A stretch of DNA of 64,000 nt from Mobula hypostoma (taxonomy: Eukaryota). The DNA lies in the NCBI RefSeq assembly GCF_963921235.1, contig NC_086118.1, positions 15,130,001 through 15,194,000 of the forward strand. The letters are read 5' to 3'. The notes under the pieces were generated by a model. The model worked only from the letters and a program-made list of their open reading frames with translations. It had not been told where the DNA came from and did no database searches. Both the position numbers and the translations under genes were made by a program. This document shows, piece after piece, positions 36,810 through 50,236 of this stretch; within the stretch, counting starts at the first letter, position 1; each line of letters opens with the position of its first letter.

Positions 36810-36895
36810 AGCAACACACACAAAAGGCTGGAGGACTCAACAGGTCAAGCAGCATCTAGGCAGTGGAATAAACAGTCGATGTTTCGGGCTGAGAC
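36810..36895 (-). mobile_element. PLE terminus truncated within hammerhead stem II
   Basis: GCAACACACACAAAAGGCTGGAGG...CAGTCGATGTTTCGGGCTGAGAC. Confidence 0.8.
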
Positions 36896-37053
36896 TTGAC
36901 TTGACATTAGGACAAAACCCATTTAGCAGATCAAAATCCAATCCAATTTTTAGACTTATATGCCCAGCCACAGCAAAATGTGACACCCCTGTATTACCTC
37001 GTGTACATTCTTTCTATAATCATTCCTGTACTGAGCAGAGCAGCGCGCCACCT

Positions 37054-37395
37054 CAGAATCAGACTCCAGTTTAATATCACCGGCATATGTCATGCAAATT
37101 GTTGTTTTTGCAGCAGCAATACAATGCAATACATAATAACAGGATAAAAACCTGTGCAAAAATAGAGATAAAGAAGTAGTGAGGTAGATGGCAGAGGGTA
37201 AGAAGCTGTTCCTGAATCATTGAGTGTGTGCCTTCACGCTTCTGTACCTCCTTCCTGATGGTAGCAATGAGAACAAGACACGACCTGGGTGGTGGGGATT
37301 CTTAACGATGGGCACCACCTTTTTGAGGCATCGCTCCTTGAAGCTGTCCTGGATACTAGGAGGCTAGTGTCCATGATGGAGCTGACTAAGCTTAA
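37054..37395 (-). mobile_element. Rex1/Babar 3' end
   Basis: TCAGAATCAGA tail; CTGTACCTCCTTCCTGATGGTAGCAATGAGAAC. Confidence 0.85.
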
Positions 37396-38207
37396 ACTTG
37401 CTGCATCTGAACAATTAACCAGAATATCTGTTGATTAACCTCATTGATCAGAGAGTACATTCAGCACAGGAACTAGGCGGGCCAAAAGTATCATTGTCAT
37501 TAATTATATGGATTGTTAATTGCCACAATAGCCAAACATCAACTTTTCCAACTGCTTCCAATTAAACATGGCAAGTAATCATCTTAAAAATGAAGTTGAA
37601 AATTTTGAAGAGGAAAATGGGCACCAGTCCTAAATGTATTGATGTAAATAAATCCTAGAGGATTACTTGCTATAAAAATTTAGTTATTTTTTTCTTTCTA
37701 AAACATGCTCTAGTTTATGTTTAGATGAAAAGGAAATGTAAAATGAAACCTAATCCTACTTGAGAAATGGTTTGGAACATTTCCCTCTGTGCTCATTCTG
37801 AGCACATGTTCTCTGCACTGTTCCAGTCCATATTTTGCCTGGTAAGCACAGAGGTCTCAGAAAAAAACCATGTTTTATTGCTTTGTGGATGGTTTTCATT
37901 TGCTTTGTGATACACTTGAAGTGCCACATCAATCGAGAAAAGCAATTGCCAATGGGTGAGTGAGTTCATATTCCAGTCTGCACATTGTCAATGGCGGGCA
38001 CTGGATATCACTAGACACACCACTCATAAAACTGTTAGTATGTTTAAGCTTACAAGGACACTGAAGTAACCTCATGGATTATGAACTGAGAACAGTCCTT
38101 AACTGCTCGTTTATGAGTTAAATTTCCCAGATGACTTTAGGGAGACCACCATTTTAGGCAATCATGTGAATCTTTTCCAATGGGCTCATTATTTACAAAT
38201 GTTACAG

Positions 38208-38619
38208 ATGACAAGTTGGGTCTTTATTCTCTGGAATGGAGAAGGTTGAGGGGGGACTTGATAGAGGTATTTAAAATTATGAGGAGGATAGATAGAGTTG
38301 ACGTGGATAGGCTTTTTCCATTGAAAGTGGGGGAGATTCAAAAAGAGGACATGAGTTGAGAGTTAAAGGGCAAAAGTTTAGGGGTAACATGAGGGGGAAC
38401 TTCTTTACTCAGACAGTGGAACGAGCTTCCAGCAGAAGTGGTTGAGGCAGGTTCGATGTTGTCATTTAAAGTTAAAGTGGATAGCTATGTGGACAGGAAA
38501 GGAATGGAGAGTTATGGGCTGAGTGCAGGTCGGTGGGTCTAGGTGAGAGTAAGAGTTCGACACAGACAAGAAGGGAGGAGATGGCCTGTTTCCATGCTGT
38601 AATGTTTATATGGTTATAA
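38208..38619 (+). mobile_element. CR1 3' end
   Basis: 'LGLYSLEWRRLRGDLIEVFKIM', GGCCTGTTTCCATGCTGTA, TATATGGTTATA tail. Confidence 0.9.
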
Positions 38620-38744
38620 CCCCAACTGTTTTCCTTTCACAGAGGCACTTAGTATTCCAGTGAAATCTTTGTCAGCCTATCATTCATCTCTCAGAATCAT
38701 TAGTTTCCTGCTCTCATGAGCCCTACTAAATCAAGTATAGTACA

Positions 38745-39010
38745 GAAGTGTCATGGTTAGTACAATGATTTACGGTACAGGTGACTAGGGTTCAATTCCT
38801 ACCACAGCCTGTACGTTCTCCCCTTAATCACAGGGATTTCTTCCAGGTGCTCTGGTCTTCTCCCACAGTCCAAAGACTTAACGGTTGGTAGGTTAATTAG
38901 TCATTGTAAACTATCCTGTGAGTAGGCTAGGATTAAATTGGAGGATTGTTGGTCAGCATGGCTTGAAGGGCTGGAAGGGCCTATTCTACACCGAATCTCA
39001 GTAAATAAAA
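38745..39010 (+). mobile_element. V-SINE (HE1-like, tRNA-derived)
   Basis: B-box GGGTTCAATTCC; V-domain GGTGCTCTGGTCTTCTCCCACAGTCCAAAGAC; CR1-like tail. Confidence 0.8.
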
Positions 39011-39784
39011 TCAAGAAACTCTAGTTGAGATGCTCCACCAGGAGAATGCAGTTTCAACTTCATGTTTCTCATGCAATCATTAAAACTATCCATGTTTATT
39101 ATACATAAATGAACTTCAGCTCTTAGAATCACATCACTTTTTCACGAAGTTCTTTTCACTTTCTACACTTAAGTTAATTCACTCCCATATCCAGAGAATT
39201 TATTCTGAGTTTGCTGTGCTCTGCTACTTTTGCTTGTTTTTTTTATGCCTATCAGAATTTCCAGGCCTTCAACTTAAACCCATTTTGTGAATCCTTTGGA
39301 TTATATTTATATTCAATAGTTTGGCTATACTGAATTTACGTCTCAATTTTCTGAACCAATTTTAGATATCACCCACATCCGATTTTTTTTTACTCTTATC
39401 GCAGAATAATGAATAGTAAAGGGTAATTTAATATTTTTAATTTACAAAGGTTAACCATTACATAGAGATAATTTTGTTCCTACAAATACTAAATCATCTA
39501 TAATCTAAGAAATGAAAAGCAAAATTTCATGATTAAAGTTTAATTGATTTTACAACAATGATCGTTCTTTTCAGCACATAGAATTATCACAGCTCTTAAG
39601 TGCAAAGTTGAAGTAAATAATCAAGCATATTGTATGACAGTTTAGAGTTTCTGTGATAATTCCTGTTACAGTTCTCTAAAGAGTTAAAATAACTACAAAT
39701 AGAACTCTAAACATTCAATGCCATTGATTTACCTTTATTTTATGGTTGTAATTAGTATTTTTTTCTTTTTCATATTCTTCTCCA

Positions 39785-40150
39785 TCTTCTCCAGCATTCA
39801 GGACATCTTCAAGGAGCCATGCCTCAGAAAGGCAGCATCCTTCATTGAGGACCCCATCACCCAGAACATGTCCTCTTCTCATTGCTACCATCAGGAATGA
39901 GGTACAAGAGCATGAAGGCACACACTGAATGATGCAGGATCAGCTTCTTCCTCTCTGCTATCAGATTTCTGAACTGACACTGAACCCATGTCACTACTTT
40001 CTTTTCCTCTTTTTGCGCTACTTATTTAATTCAACTTTTAAAATATATATCTTACTGTAATTTAGTTTTTTATTATGTATTGCAATGTACTGCAGCTGCA
40101 TAACAACAAATTTCATGATATAAATTGGTGATATTAAACCTGATTTTTGA
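39785..40150 (+). mobile_element. Rex1/Babar 3' end
   Basis: 'SIQDIFKEPCLRKAASFIEDP'; ATATTAAACCTGATT tail. Confidence 0.85.
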
Positions 40151-41043
40151 AGTCATGATAAATTCTTTGAGAGAAAGCAAGGCAGCCAGAAATAAGCACC
40201 TCTCTCAATGCTTGCAAAAAAATCATCTGTTATACTTTTCTGGTCCTCTTTCTCACACCCACATCCACACATCACTCCATCCACCTGCTGTGCCACCAGG
40301 AAGCCATGATAAACAGGTTCTAGGTAATGGCAAGGATGTGCATTGCTCAATCTCTACCACTGGATTATTTCAAAAACAAGCTTATTGCTGAGGCAAAATA
40401 CTAATTATACTCTAAGATCTTGATCAATTTCCAGTGGTCAAGTTTAGAGTTGGACTATAAGAACTGCTTTAGTTTAAGATTCTGACACACATCTCCGTAA
40501 TCACATATTGATTGTACTCAACCTTAGTATATGGCAAAGCAGTTAAAACACATATGTGTACTTACAATTAGCCAAAAAAACAGATTATAGACAGAAAACA
40601 TTGTTTAAAAATTTCCAGCCAACACAATGACATTGTGCAGTATTAGCAACCTTACTCATATTTATCAGGAGTTCGAAAACTGGGGCAAGGAGCTACCAAA
40701 TAAAGGATAAGTGTCAAGCCAAGCCTCTCTTCCCAATATTTGGTAACTCCTTCCAATATTCTAAATAATTTTATGGAAGGAGGAAATTGCAGGGATGGGG
40801 TTGTTCACTGATTCCTTGCAGAATCAAGGTGAAAGCTTCATAAGTGTAACATCCTGCCTTGTGATGATAATGCTGAATCTTACCTTGCCTGACCTTAAGA
40901 ATTACTCAAACATTCAACCCACTTCAAGGATAATTTCGGGTCTAAACGTCAATTTAATTATTTATATATACAACAGTACAACCTTTGATTCAATCAACCT
41001 GAATCTCTAGAACTGTTCTTCAGAATTAAGTTCAATTAATATC

Positions 41044-41171
41044 TGCTGGAGGAACTCAACAGGTTGAGCATCATTGGTAGAGGGAAGGAATTGTCATTGT
41101 AGATAATTCCTCGCCCTCACAGATGCTGCTTCGCCTGGTGTGATCCTCCAGATTGTTTATTCCTCCAGATT
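41044..41171. mobile_element. Degenerate PLE foldback element
   Basis: TGCTGGAGGAACTCAACAGG ... CAGATGCTGC..TCCTCCAG inverted arms. Confidence 0.6.
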
Positions 41172-42314
41172 TGTGTTTTAATTTTAATTACTTTCATTCC
41201 TAAATTATTAAAATAGAATCATTACCCACACAAAACTGTAATATGTCCCAAAGCAGCTCCATCCAGCTATACACCTCATAATGAGACTTCATTTTACCTG
41301 ACAAAGTGATTGATGGTCCAAATGATAGAAATAGTATTGGACAATATCTACCAAACATTATGAAATGAACTGCCAAAAATTTGAACGGTTCAAAAAGAAA
41401 GAAATATCATTTAAAATATGGATTTTAGAATAGAGGTCAAGCACTATTTTTTCAGCAAATATATTTTTGGAATAAATTATTCAGGAATAACACTGGTGTG
41501 GAAAACGTATGACTTCAAATTGATGACAAATCAAATACTGCAATAGATACAACTTCAAATGTTATCTCCATCTGTACTACCAGACAGTGTTCAATGCAAA
41601 ACACTCACCTACTAACAACGTCTGTAGGAATACCTCAGCATTTCCCTCACACTTATCTGCACACCCATCTGTCACAGCTCGTGCAATTCAGTCATCAATT
41701 ACAACAAGTGCATCACTCATACACATAATGAGACACATTGAAGAAACCCTTGCTTGTTTCTTGCGAGAAAATGTGGTGCACATCCAGGGCCAGACACAGA
41801 AAACCTGCAGCTCAGACACAGCTTCAGTGCATTATTGAAGATGATGGCACCTTCAAACATAATCCTCCTTCTCCTTTGTCCCACAGACTCTTCTGATTTA
41901 CAAACTTCATTTAGCATACCCCTCTCACTTCCACTCCTCTCTTCAACATAACCCTATCAAAAATGATTCATGCAATACAAAAGATCAAGGAAACAAAGAT
42001 GAATGTACGCTGTCATCACAATGACACTCACAGTTCGGATCCCAGCGCATCATAGGGGATAAACCCGAGGAGAGATCTGTACATGCAGGATATTAGCTGT
42101 GACCGGACTGCTTAAATTCAGGAGAAAATGTAGACCAGAGGGAAATTGTAGTAGAGATGTCAGCTTCCTGTGCACAATGAGGGCTTTAATATAGCAGCCT
42201 ACAGGGGGTGATTGTATAATAAGTGCTTCAGAAATATACCAGAACTGATTTATTCAATGCCAATAGGCACAAGTTCCTAACAGCCTGGTCCAGCCATGTT
42301 AACACCTCAGCCAA

Positions 42315-42860
42315 GAAAGTCTTTACTTACTGAGGTTAAAAAAAATCTGGCATGCGCCGTCAACTCTTACCAATTTTTATAAATGTACTATGAAAAGCAT
42401 TCTATCTGATGCATAATGGCTTAGTACGACAACTGCTCTGCATGCGACCGCAAGAAACTGCAGAGATTTGTGGACACTGCTCAGCACATCGCGGGATCCA
42501 GCTCTTCCATCTATGGAATCTTTCTTTACTTCCTGCTGCCTCACTAAAGCAGCCAGCGTAATCAAAGACTCCAACAGGAAAAAGGAGCAAAAGCTTGAAA
42601 GCATGTCCCACAGCTTCTATCCTATCATCAGACTCTTGAACAGACTTCTTGTATGATACTATGGACTCCCGAACTTACACCTCAATGTGATCCTGCAATT
42701 CATTGTTTACCTGCACTATACTTTCTCTGCAGATTTTACACTTTGTTATTGTCTTATCTTGTTCTGCCTCAATGTACTGTGTAATAATTTCATCTGCATG
42801 AACAGTATGCAAGTTTTTCACTGTACGTATCTTGGTACACGTCACAATAATAAACCAATA
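42315..42860 (+). mobile_element. Rex1/Babar fragment
   Basis: 'LTNFYKCTMKSILSDA', 'DRKKLQRFVDTAQHI', AATAATAAACCAAT tail. Confidence 0.75.
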
Positions 42861-44254
42861 TACTCATACTGGTATTCTCTGGAGCTTATTGTACCCAATA
42901 AGAAAGTGGCAGGTATATCTACAGCAGGAGTTCGACACCTCTAGGTTGGGAACCCGCAACCTATGGGAAATTAATGTGATCAATCATCATGCAGTATCTC
43001 AGCTTCCATTGCAGTTTAAGCTGAAGTGCCCAAATCAAGTCGAGTTTACTGTCATCTGTACAAGTGCACATATGCACAGGTGTAATGAAAAACTTACTTG
43101 CTGCAGCATCACTGGCATATCACATTAGAGGCACAACACACAGTATAAAGATATAAATTAAATAGAGTTGATATAGAAATTATGCAAGAATTGTGGAGGA
43201 AAGAATACTATTAGAACCAAAAATTAAACTAAGTTCTTTGTAGTTCTGAATTTTCTAGAGAATTCAGTTTGTCATTATCATGGCAATTGAAAATATGTAA
43301 AGGTACTTAACCATGAGAATGACCAGGGTATTTGCACCACTCCCTAGACCATGGATCGGTTGTCCTTTCAAAGAAAGATTTGAAAGGAATGGAGGGAGAA
43401 TGGGTTACAAATCAAAATTAGTGAAGGGATAGGTTGCTTTGCAGGCCGAGTTGAGCTAGACTGTCAACTGGTGCACCCCAAGTTCAAGCCTGGAGTTTGG
43501 GGTTCCCTAATCAGCTAACTGAGTGGTCAATACTGAAGACTGGAGCCTGAGGGTTGACTGGAAGTCAGAAGCTGATGGCTGGTGGCTGAAGCATGCATAC
43601 TAAAGGCTGGAGGCCTGTTCTGGGTTGAAGGATTGTCCCTGTGTATGGGTGGGTGGGAGGGAGGGAGGGAGGGAGAGGGGAAGGGAGAAAAGGTGCTTGT
43701 TTTGTTGCCAATGTTTGCTTGCTTGTTGTGTTGTGTTGTTCTGCCGAGCATCATCAGCATGCTACATTGGTCCCGGAATGTGTGCCGACATTTACAGCTG
43801 CCCCCAGCACATCCCTAGCTCGTGTTGGTTGTTAATGCAAATTATGCATTTCACTAAATCTGAATATGAATCTAAATCCAAAAGTGCTTCCTTTTATTGT
43901 TGTAAGTACGTTGTTATCTGAACTAGGACTTATCAAGCCCAAAGCTCCTCACCCTCTGAAAATCAGCAAAGTTCCACCAGCCCTACCATAGTAAATGGCG
44001 GAGGACTCTACAGAAGCATCTATACTAAAATTTTGTTCGAGGAAGATCAGTAGATGTTTTGCTGTTCTTTTGTCATGGTTGTTAAAGCGATTTTTGGGTT
44101 TAGGACATATACATTTAGTAATTGACTTTGGCTACCAGTCTTCACATCTGAATATGGATTGTGGATTTAATTTGAAGTGCAGCTCTGAACAATGGGTTCC
44201 TAAAAGTTGTGAATCCCAGACCAGACAATGCTGATTAAAATTCATTTGGATGCC

Positions 44255-44503
44255 TGTGGTGGGGAGGTGAATCAAGAGGTGTGAAGGTTGTATGTAGTTT
44301 CAAAGGAAGCATTGTCCATACATTGTAAATATGGAGTTGTCCTTTGATGTTTGGCACGTAAAATATCGAGCCCCAAGCTGGGCCAGCCAGACCTTTCGAC
44401 CAAAAGCATCTCCATATGATGCCTGCTACACCTTGTTTTGATGAATAAAGAAGCTGCTTTGTATCTACCAGTAATTTTCTTTGGTGACTTCATTCACACA
44501 ACA
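44255..44503 (+). mobile_element. Possible solo LTR
   Basis: TGTGGTG...CACAACA near-inverted TG..CA ends with AATAAA ~60 bp before the 3' end; no TSD found. Confidence 0.35.
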
Positions 44504-45655
44504 ACAGGGACTGGAGACAATATTGATTTGTTGTATATTTTTATTCATCATCGATATCAAATGACACTGTGATAGTTATTTTCATTGAAAATTAAGAAGA
44601 GAACATTTGAAGAATGAGTGATTTGTACTCATTTCAGTGAAAGAACAATGTTTGTTCTCTTAAAATGATTTCCAAAGATTCTCTTATTTTCCCTCTCCTT
44701 CCCCACGCCTCTTGCTCTGTAGTTGCTTACAAGAGCCTATCCTCCATGATAGCGAGGCCGTGCAGTGTACACCCAGACACAATGAATCCTGAGATCACCT
44801 CTGCTGCATTATAAACATAAACCCCACACTCACTGGTCCACCACATCACCCACATCACCCACCAGCTCCGAAAACTTCACAAAGCATTCATTTCCCTGAA
44901 TTCATGCTGGATTTTCTGAAAAATTTTACGGTGTTGTTGAGTCACAGTCTAATTATACACATTAACAATTTGTCAGCAGGAGATGCTATGCCAACTGCTC
45001 AGTTGTGTTTTCTTCTGTATCCAGAAACTTCCTGATTACTGAGGACTCTTTTAATCCCAACTCTGTCTCCAATACTTGTTACATAGCTGTACCCCCACCC
45101 CCTCATTCTCCCTATCGTGCTGGAAGAGAATCATAATCACAGGACCCTGGGGGGGGCAACAGGGTTTTGGTGAAACTTTGAAGTGAAATCCTTTTGCTGC
45201 ACTTCTCCAGAAGATGCAAATTGCCACAAGGTCTGTTCAAGCCATATGGTATCCTTTCCCAAACAGAACAGTAAATCATTCAGGAATAAATCTGCAAGTC
45301 AAAGTGGAGGTTGTTGGCTGGGGCTGGGATCTTTCTTACTGCTAAATGCTGGGTTTGTTGTGTAGTCTAACATATGGTATCAGCTACATCATTGAAGTCC
45401 AGTCTGTCCACCTTGACATTAAAGCAGAATTGCTATTCAGTGATATAACATTCAATCCTCCTTGTCTACTTCCAGTGTGCAAAGCATTATGCCCACTAGC
45501 GCTATTGCCACTGTCGTGACCAGCAGGCCAGCAGGCAAGACAAATATGCATCTGTGCATCAGCTGCAAATCACCAGTTGCAGTGACAGTAAGTCACCAAG
45601 CTTGATGGCCAGATGCCCAGATGCTTGGTGAAATGCTGAACTTCAGGCTAAGACA

Positions 45656-46208
45656 CACTTAGTGGCCACTTTATTAGGTACCACTGAGCGCATGTCCATG
45701 GACTTCAGCTGCTGTTCGTCATCCACTTCAAGGTCTGACGTGTTGTGTGATCAGAGGTGCTGTTTTGCACGCCACTGTTGAAATGTGTGGTATACGAGTT
45801 TCTGTCACATTTCTGTTAGCTTGAATATAACAGTTTGACCATTATCCTCTGACCTCTCTCATTAAACTAGGTGTTTTCATCCACAGAACTGCTGATTACC
45901 GGATTTTTTTTTTTTGTTTTTCACACCATTTTCTAAACTCTAGACAGTGCTTTGTGTGAAAATCCCAGGAGATCAACAGTTTCTGAGAGACTCAAACCAC
46001 CCGATCTGGCACCAACAGTCATTTCATGGTCAAAGTCACCTAGATCACATTTGTCCCCCATGGTGATGTTTAATCTGAACAACAACTGAACCTTTGCACC
46101 ACGTCCGCATGCTTTTTTGCATTGAGTTGCTGCTACATAAAAAGCTGATTTGATAATTGCATTAATGAGCATGTGCATAGGTGTACCGAATAAAGTGGTC
46201 ACTGAGTG
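45656..46208. mobile_element. Tc1/mariner-derived non-autonomous element
   Basis: TIRs CACTTAGTGGCCACTTTATTAGGTAC / GTACCGAATAAAGTGGTCACTGAGTG. Confidence 0.88.
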
Positions 46209-46629
46209 TTTGTTTCAAAGATTACAAAACAGCATGGGGAAAAAAGGTATATCAAGAATGCTCCTCTAAACGATACTGCATGGGCGGCATTTATCTGTGC
46301 ACGATCAAATTAGTAAATGATAATTTGAGCAATAGTTATAGGGCGTTCTCATTTCAAGCAATGATCAGTAGTTGAAATGGAGGTTGTGACTGAGTGACTT
46401 TCCTGCAATCTGAAACAAACAATTAGGTGTGGCAACAGGAAGATGAGAATTTCCTGGGTGGATGCATTAGGATACATTGAATATCATTCTAACTGGTTAA
46501 TTACTTTTAATATCCTCTGAAAATGGTTCGATGCATTCTAGCTAATGCCAAGTTTATATAGAATGCCACTGCCATTATCTGAGGCCAGTATATCTTGTCA
46601 TAGGCAATTTCAATACTCAATTTAAATTC

Positions 46630-46975
46630 TGGGTTCAAGTCCCACTCCGGTGATAAAATTCCTGTTACGCCTTTCAATGAAGTATTCAGAAGTGCCAATG
46701 TTTTGATGTGACATTAATCTGAGGCCTCATCTATTCTTTCAGTTGATCATAAAATATCCCACAGCACCATTTCAAAGAGTTATTACCATGCTTCTGTCAA
46801 ACATATATTTCTTTGTCAATACACCTAGAAAACAATCTGGCCACTATCACACTGCTCTTTGTGGGAGTTTGTTGGAGCACACTGTCAGACATGTTCACAA
46901 CATTAAAACAGCGAGTACACATAAAAATTTACTCCTCTGGCTTAAAAGTTTGGGATTTTCCAAAAGAGATTAAAA
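46630..46975 (+). mobile_element. Ancient DeuSINE-like SINE
   Basis: GGGTTCAAGTCCCACTCC B-box head, Deu-like body. Confidence 0.55.
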
Positions 46976-48004
46976 TGTAAATCTACATCTCTCTTCTTTG
47001 TACAAAATTCTGAAGATCGTTCCAGCAGAAAACACAAATAATCAGATGCACTGGAGATTTTGTGAAGACAAGCTTAGTCAGTTTACAGTTATCATTTATT
47101 TACAATGAGAGTTCATTATACTGCTAGCAATTTTTCCAATTTTCAGTTACTCTACTTCTCTAATCCACCAACATGCAAACACTTTGGAGAGAAAGTAAAT
47201 GGTTAAAGTGCCAGTAAGCACTTGACCACATACTAGTTGCCACTGGGATTTCAGAGACAGCTTTCTGAGCCTATGGGTTAACAGATGCTGCAGCCAGGTA
47301 TGCATTGGGGCACATTAATCTGACTTACATTCTAACTGTCTCATTTGTACAGCTTAGTACTGTCTAGTGAAATATAATCAATAATAATCTATGGTTCAAG
47401 TAGTACAAAAGATGAATTGTCCAGAGAAGACAATTCTCTGAATCAATTGGAGAGGCAACTTTATCAAACTTCAATTCTATTAAACCTGCTTTGGAAGATT
47501 TTGTCTGCTTTATTTCAATTGTTAATATTTGCTGGGTTATTCAATAATATTCTTTTTTGAGGTCAATTCCCATATCTGATTCAGCTAACTTTATTGCTGG
47601 TTCCCAAATGTCCTCCTTCTCCTTGGACAATTTTTCAATTGATGGTCATCCCAGATTGCTATTGTCTAGGGAAGCCCCATGATTTAAACTCAGTGATGCT
47701 ATACATTTACAAGTTGGGATAGCATGTGGCTGGAATGGGAACCTATGGTTGGTGGCATATTTTGGTGACAGAGGTGGCAGGTTTGAAAGGTGCTGTCAAA
47801 TTAGCCTAAATGAGCAAATGCATTATATTTTGTGGAAAATATACAATGCAGCCACTTGGGCCAGTAGCGGAAGATAGAATGGAAGATTAATTCAATGAAA
47901 AGTATGATCAATTATATTATTTTGCATTTGACTACAGTAATGTTCTTGGGTCCGAAATTGTACAGACCAATGGAGATTTTCATTGCAATCTGCATTTGCG
48001 TGTT

Positions 48005-48585
48005 ATAGACGGTACCCTAAGATTGTTATAGCTGAGAGTGTTAATGGGGACAAGCTCCCACTACCTATTAAATGCTCCCAATGGTGTGCGCATCAAATAG
48101 CCAAGTCCAGCTCCTGGGCTTCACATCTGGCTTGGCTACTAAGCCCAGCAGAACCATTTCTACCAACAGGAGAAGGTGGGTGACTGGCACTTCAAAACCA
48201 GTCACTTCAGGCAAATGAGGCTCATCAGTCATGGTTGGCAGCTCATCAAGGAGAAGCAAAACTCTGATCTCAAACTTCCACTGCCTTGTGTCTATACCCA
48301 CTCATGGGGAAGGCTTCGAGAGTAAACCCTGAGGGAAAAATCCAGAGCCGGCATCCCTAAGGCAGACCTACATTGAGTTCAATGTTGACCGGCAACTCCT
48401 GCAACACTGTTAGTACCAAACTGCATCAGTCTCTGCTGTTCCTTTGGGTTGATCAGGTGCATGGGGAGGCTTGCTACATGGGTGACAGGATGCCCTCCAT
48501 ATTGTACTGGCCAGGCTTACATAATGAGACAGCTAGGATACAGTATCCATTGTTGACTCTGACTGATGGAGGCCATCAGATGGTG
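48005..48585 (+). mobile_element. Non-autonomous element with an RTE-like structured 5' head
   Basis: Shares CCAATRG..ATAGC..CCAAG..CTCC..TTCACAT..CTTRG..AGGAG..TGGCAC..AAAA..CCAG motif order with the RTE 5' UTR at 29200-29340. Confidence 0.55.
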
Positions 48586-50236
48586 GAAAGGCACTGAAGT
48601 ATCAGGAGACGATTCACTCTTTAGAGAATACTATGCTTCTGAACAGTTACTGTTGCCACAAAATTTATGTGCTTAGTCCAACTGAGATTCTCATCAACAG
48701 TGATCCTCATAATTATGATCAGAATAATCAGTTGAGATCAAATGTAAAAAAAAGTTCTATCATTTCCATGAACACTGCATTATTTTATCAAGATGCAAAA
48801 GTTGATTTCCTGAAGCTATGATACTTTAGAAATTAAATATGACAGCAGCACCATTGTTGAACATCAGTCCTGTTATGCCTCCAAATTTATTTTACATTAA
48901 GTGTTACATTTGGCCCTTGTTGAAGACATATCTGCTTTTTCTGGTGATATTTATCCAGTGATACCTAGATTTTAGGCTGGAGATAAATTCAGGATCACAT
49001 AATGGGTGGGGATCAGGAGCCTTGAGAGAATGGAAATCATAAGACCAGGGAAACTCGAGATTGGGAGGCAGGACAAACTGAAGGTTGGGATGCCAGGGAG
49101 ATTGGAAATTGGGGTGGTTGGAGAAATTGCACTCTTTATTTCTATAACTCTTCACAAGGAGTGTATCTGCTTCCTCCTGTCAACAGGCATTGTGCATCAA
49201 ATCACAGTGGCGGTGCGCAAAATGCCAAAAGAAAGGGCATCTGCCAAGGGTGAGCAGTGAAACAAACACAGATAGAAATTAGCAGGTATGACATTGTGGT
49301 CATAACTGTGTTGTAGTTGAAGGAAGGTCACAGCTTTGAGCCTAACATCCAAAGATTCATATCAGTTCACAGGATAAGCAAGTGAGGTTGCTTTATTGAT
49401 TAAAAAAAAATGAAATCAAACCCCTAGAAAGAAATGACATAGGATCAGAAGATGTAGAATCCTTATTGGTAGAGTTACAAAATTGTAAGAGCGAAAAGAT
49501 CCTGATGGAACTTGTACACAGACTGCCAAACAGTAGCCAGGAAATGGCGTACAAATCAAAATGTGTCATACAACAGGCATGTAAAAAGGCCAATGTTACA
49601 ATGATTATGGGGGATTTCAACAAGCAGGAAGACTGGGAAAATTATTTTGGTGTTGGATCCAACAGGAGGAATTTGGAGAACGCCTTTGAGATGGCTTTTT
49701 GGAGCAGCTTGCGGATGAGATCACTTGGAAAAAGGCATTTCTGGATTTGATGTTGCACAATGAAACAGATTTGATTAAGGGGCTTAAGGTAAAGGAACCC
49801 TTAGGAGGCAGTGATCATAATATGATAAGAGTTTACCCTGCAGTTTGAGAGGAAGAAACTAAAATCAGATGTATTGGCATGACAGTGAATTAAAGGGAAC
49901 TACAGAAACAGGAGAGAGGAGTTGACCAAAATTGGTAGTAAGGGGACACTTGTAAGGATGATGGCAGAGCAGCAATGGCTGGAGTTTCCAGCAGTAATTA
50001 GGAAAATGCAGAATTGATTCATCACAAACAAGTATCAGCATTCTAAACAGAGAATGAAGCAACCATTGCTGACAAGGGAAAACAAAGACAGCACACAAGC
50101 AAAAGATGGGGCATATAATATAGCAAAAAATAGTGAGAAGCTAAAGGATCTGGCAAGCTTTTTAAACCAACAGAAGACGACAAAAAATAAGCCATAAAGA
50201 GCAAAAAGATGAATAATGAAGGAAAGCTAACTAATA

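Noticed and set aside
41600..41810. Candidate minus-strand exon (CAG..GTGAGT)
   Set aside because: No recognisable protein and no supporting neighbouring exons
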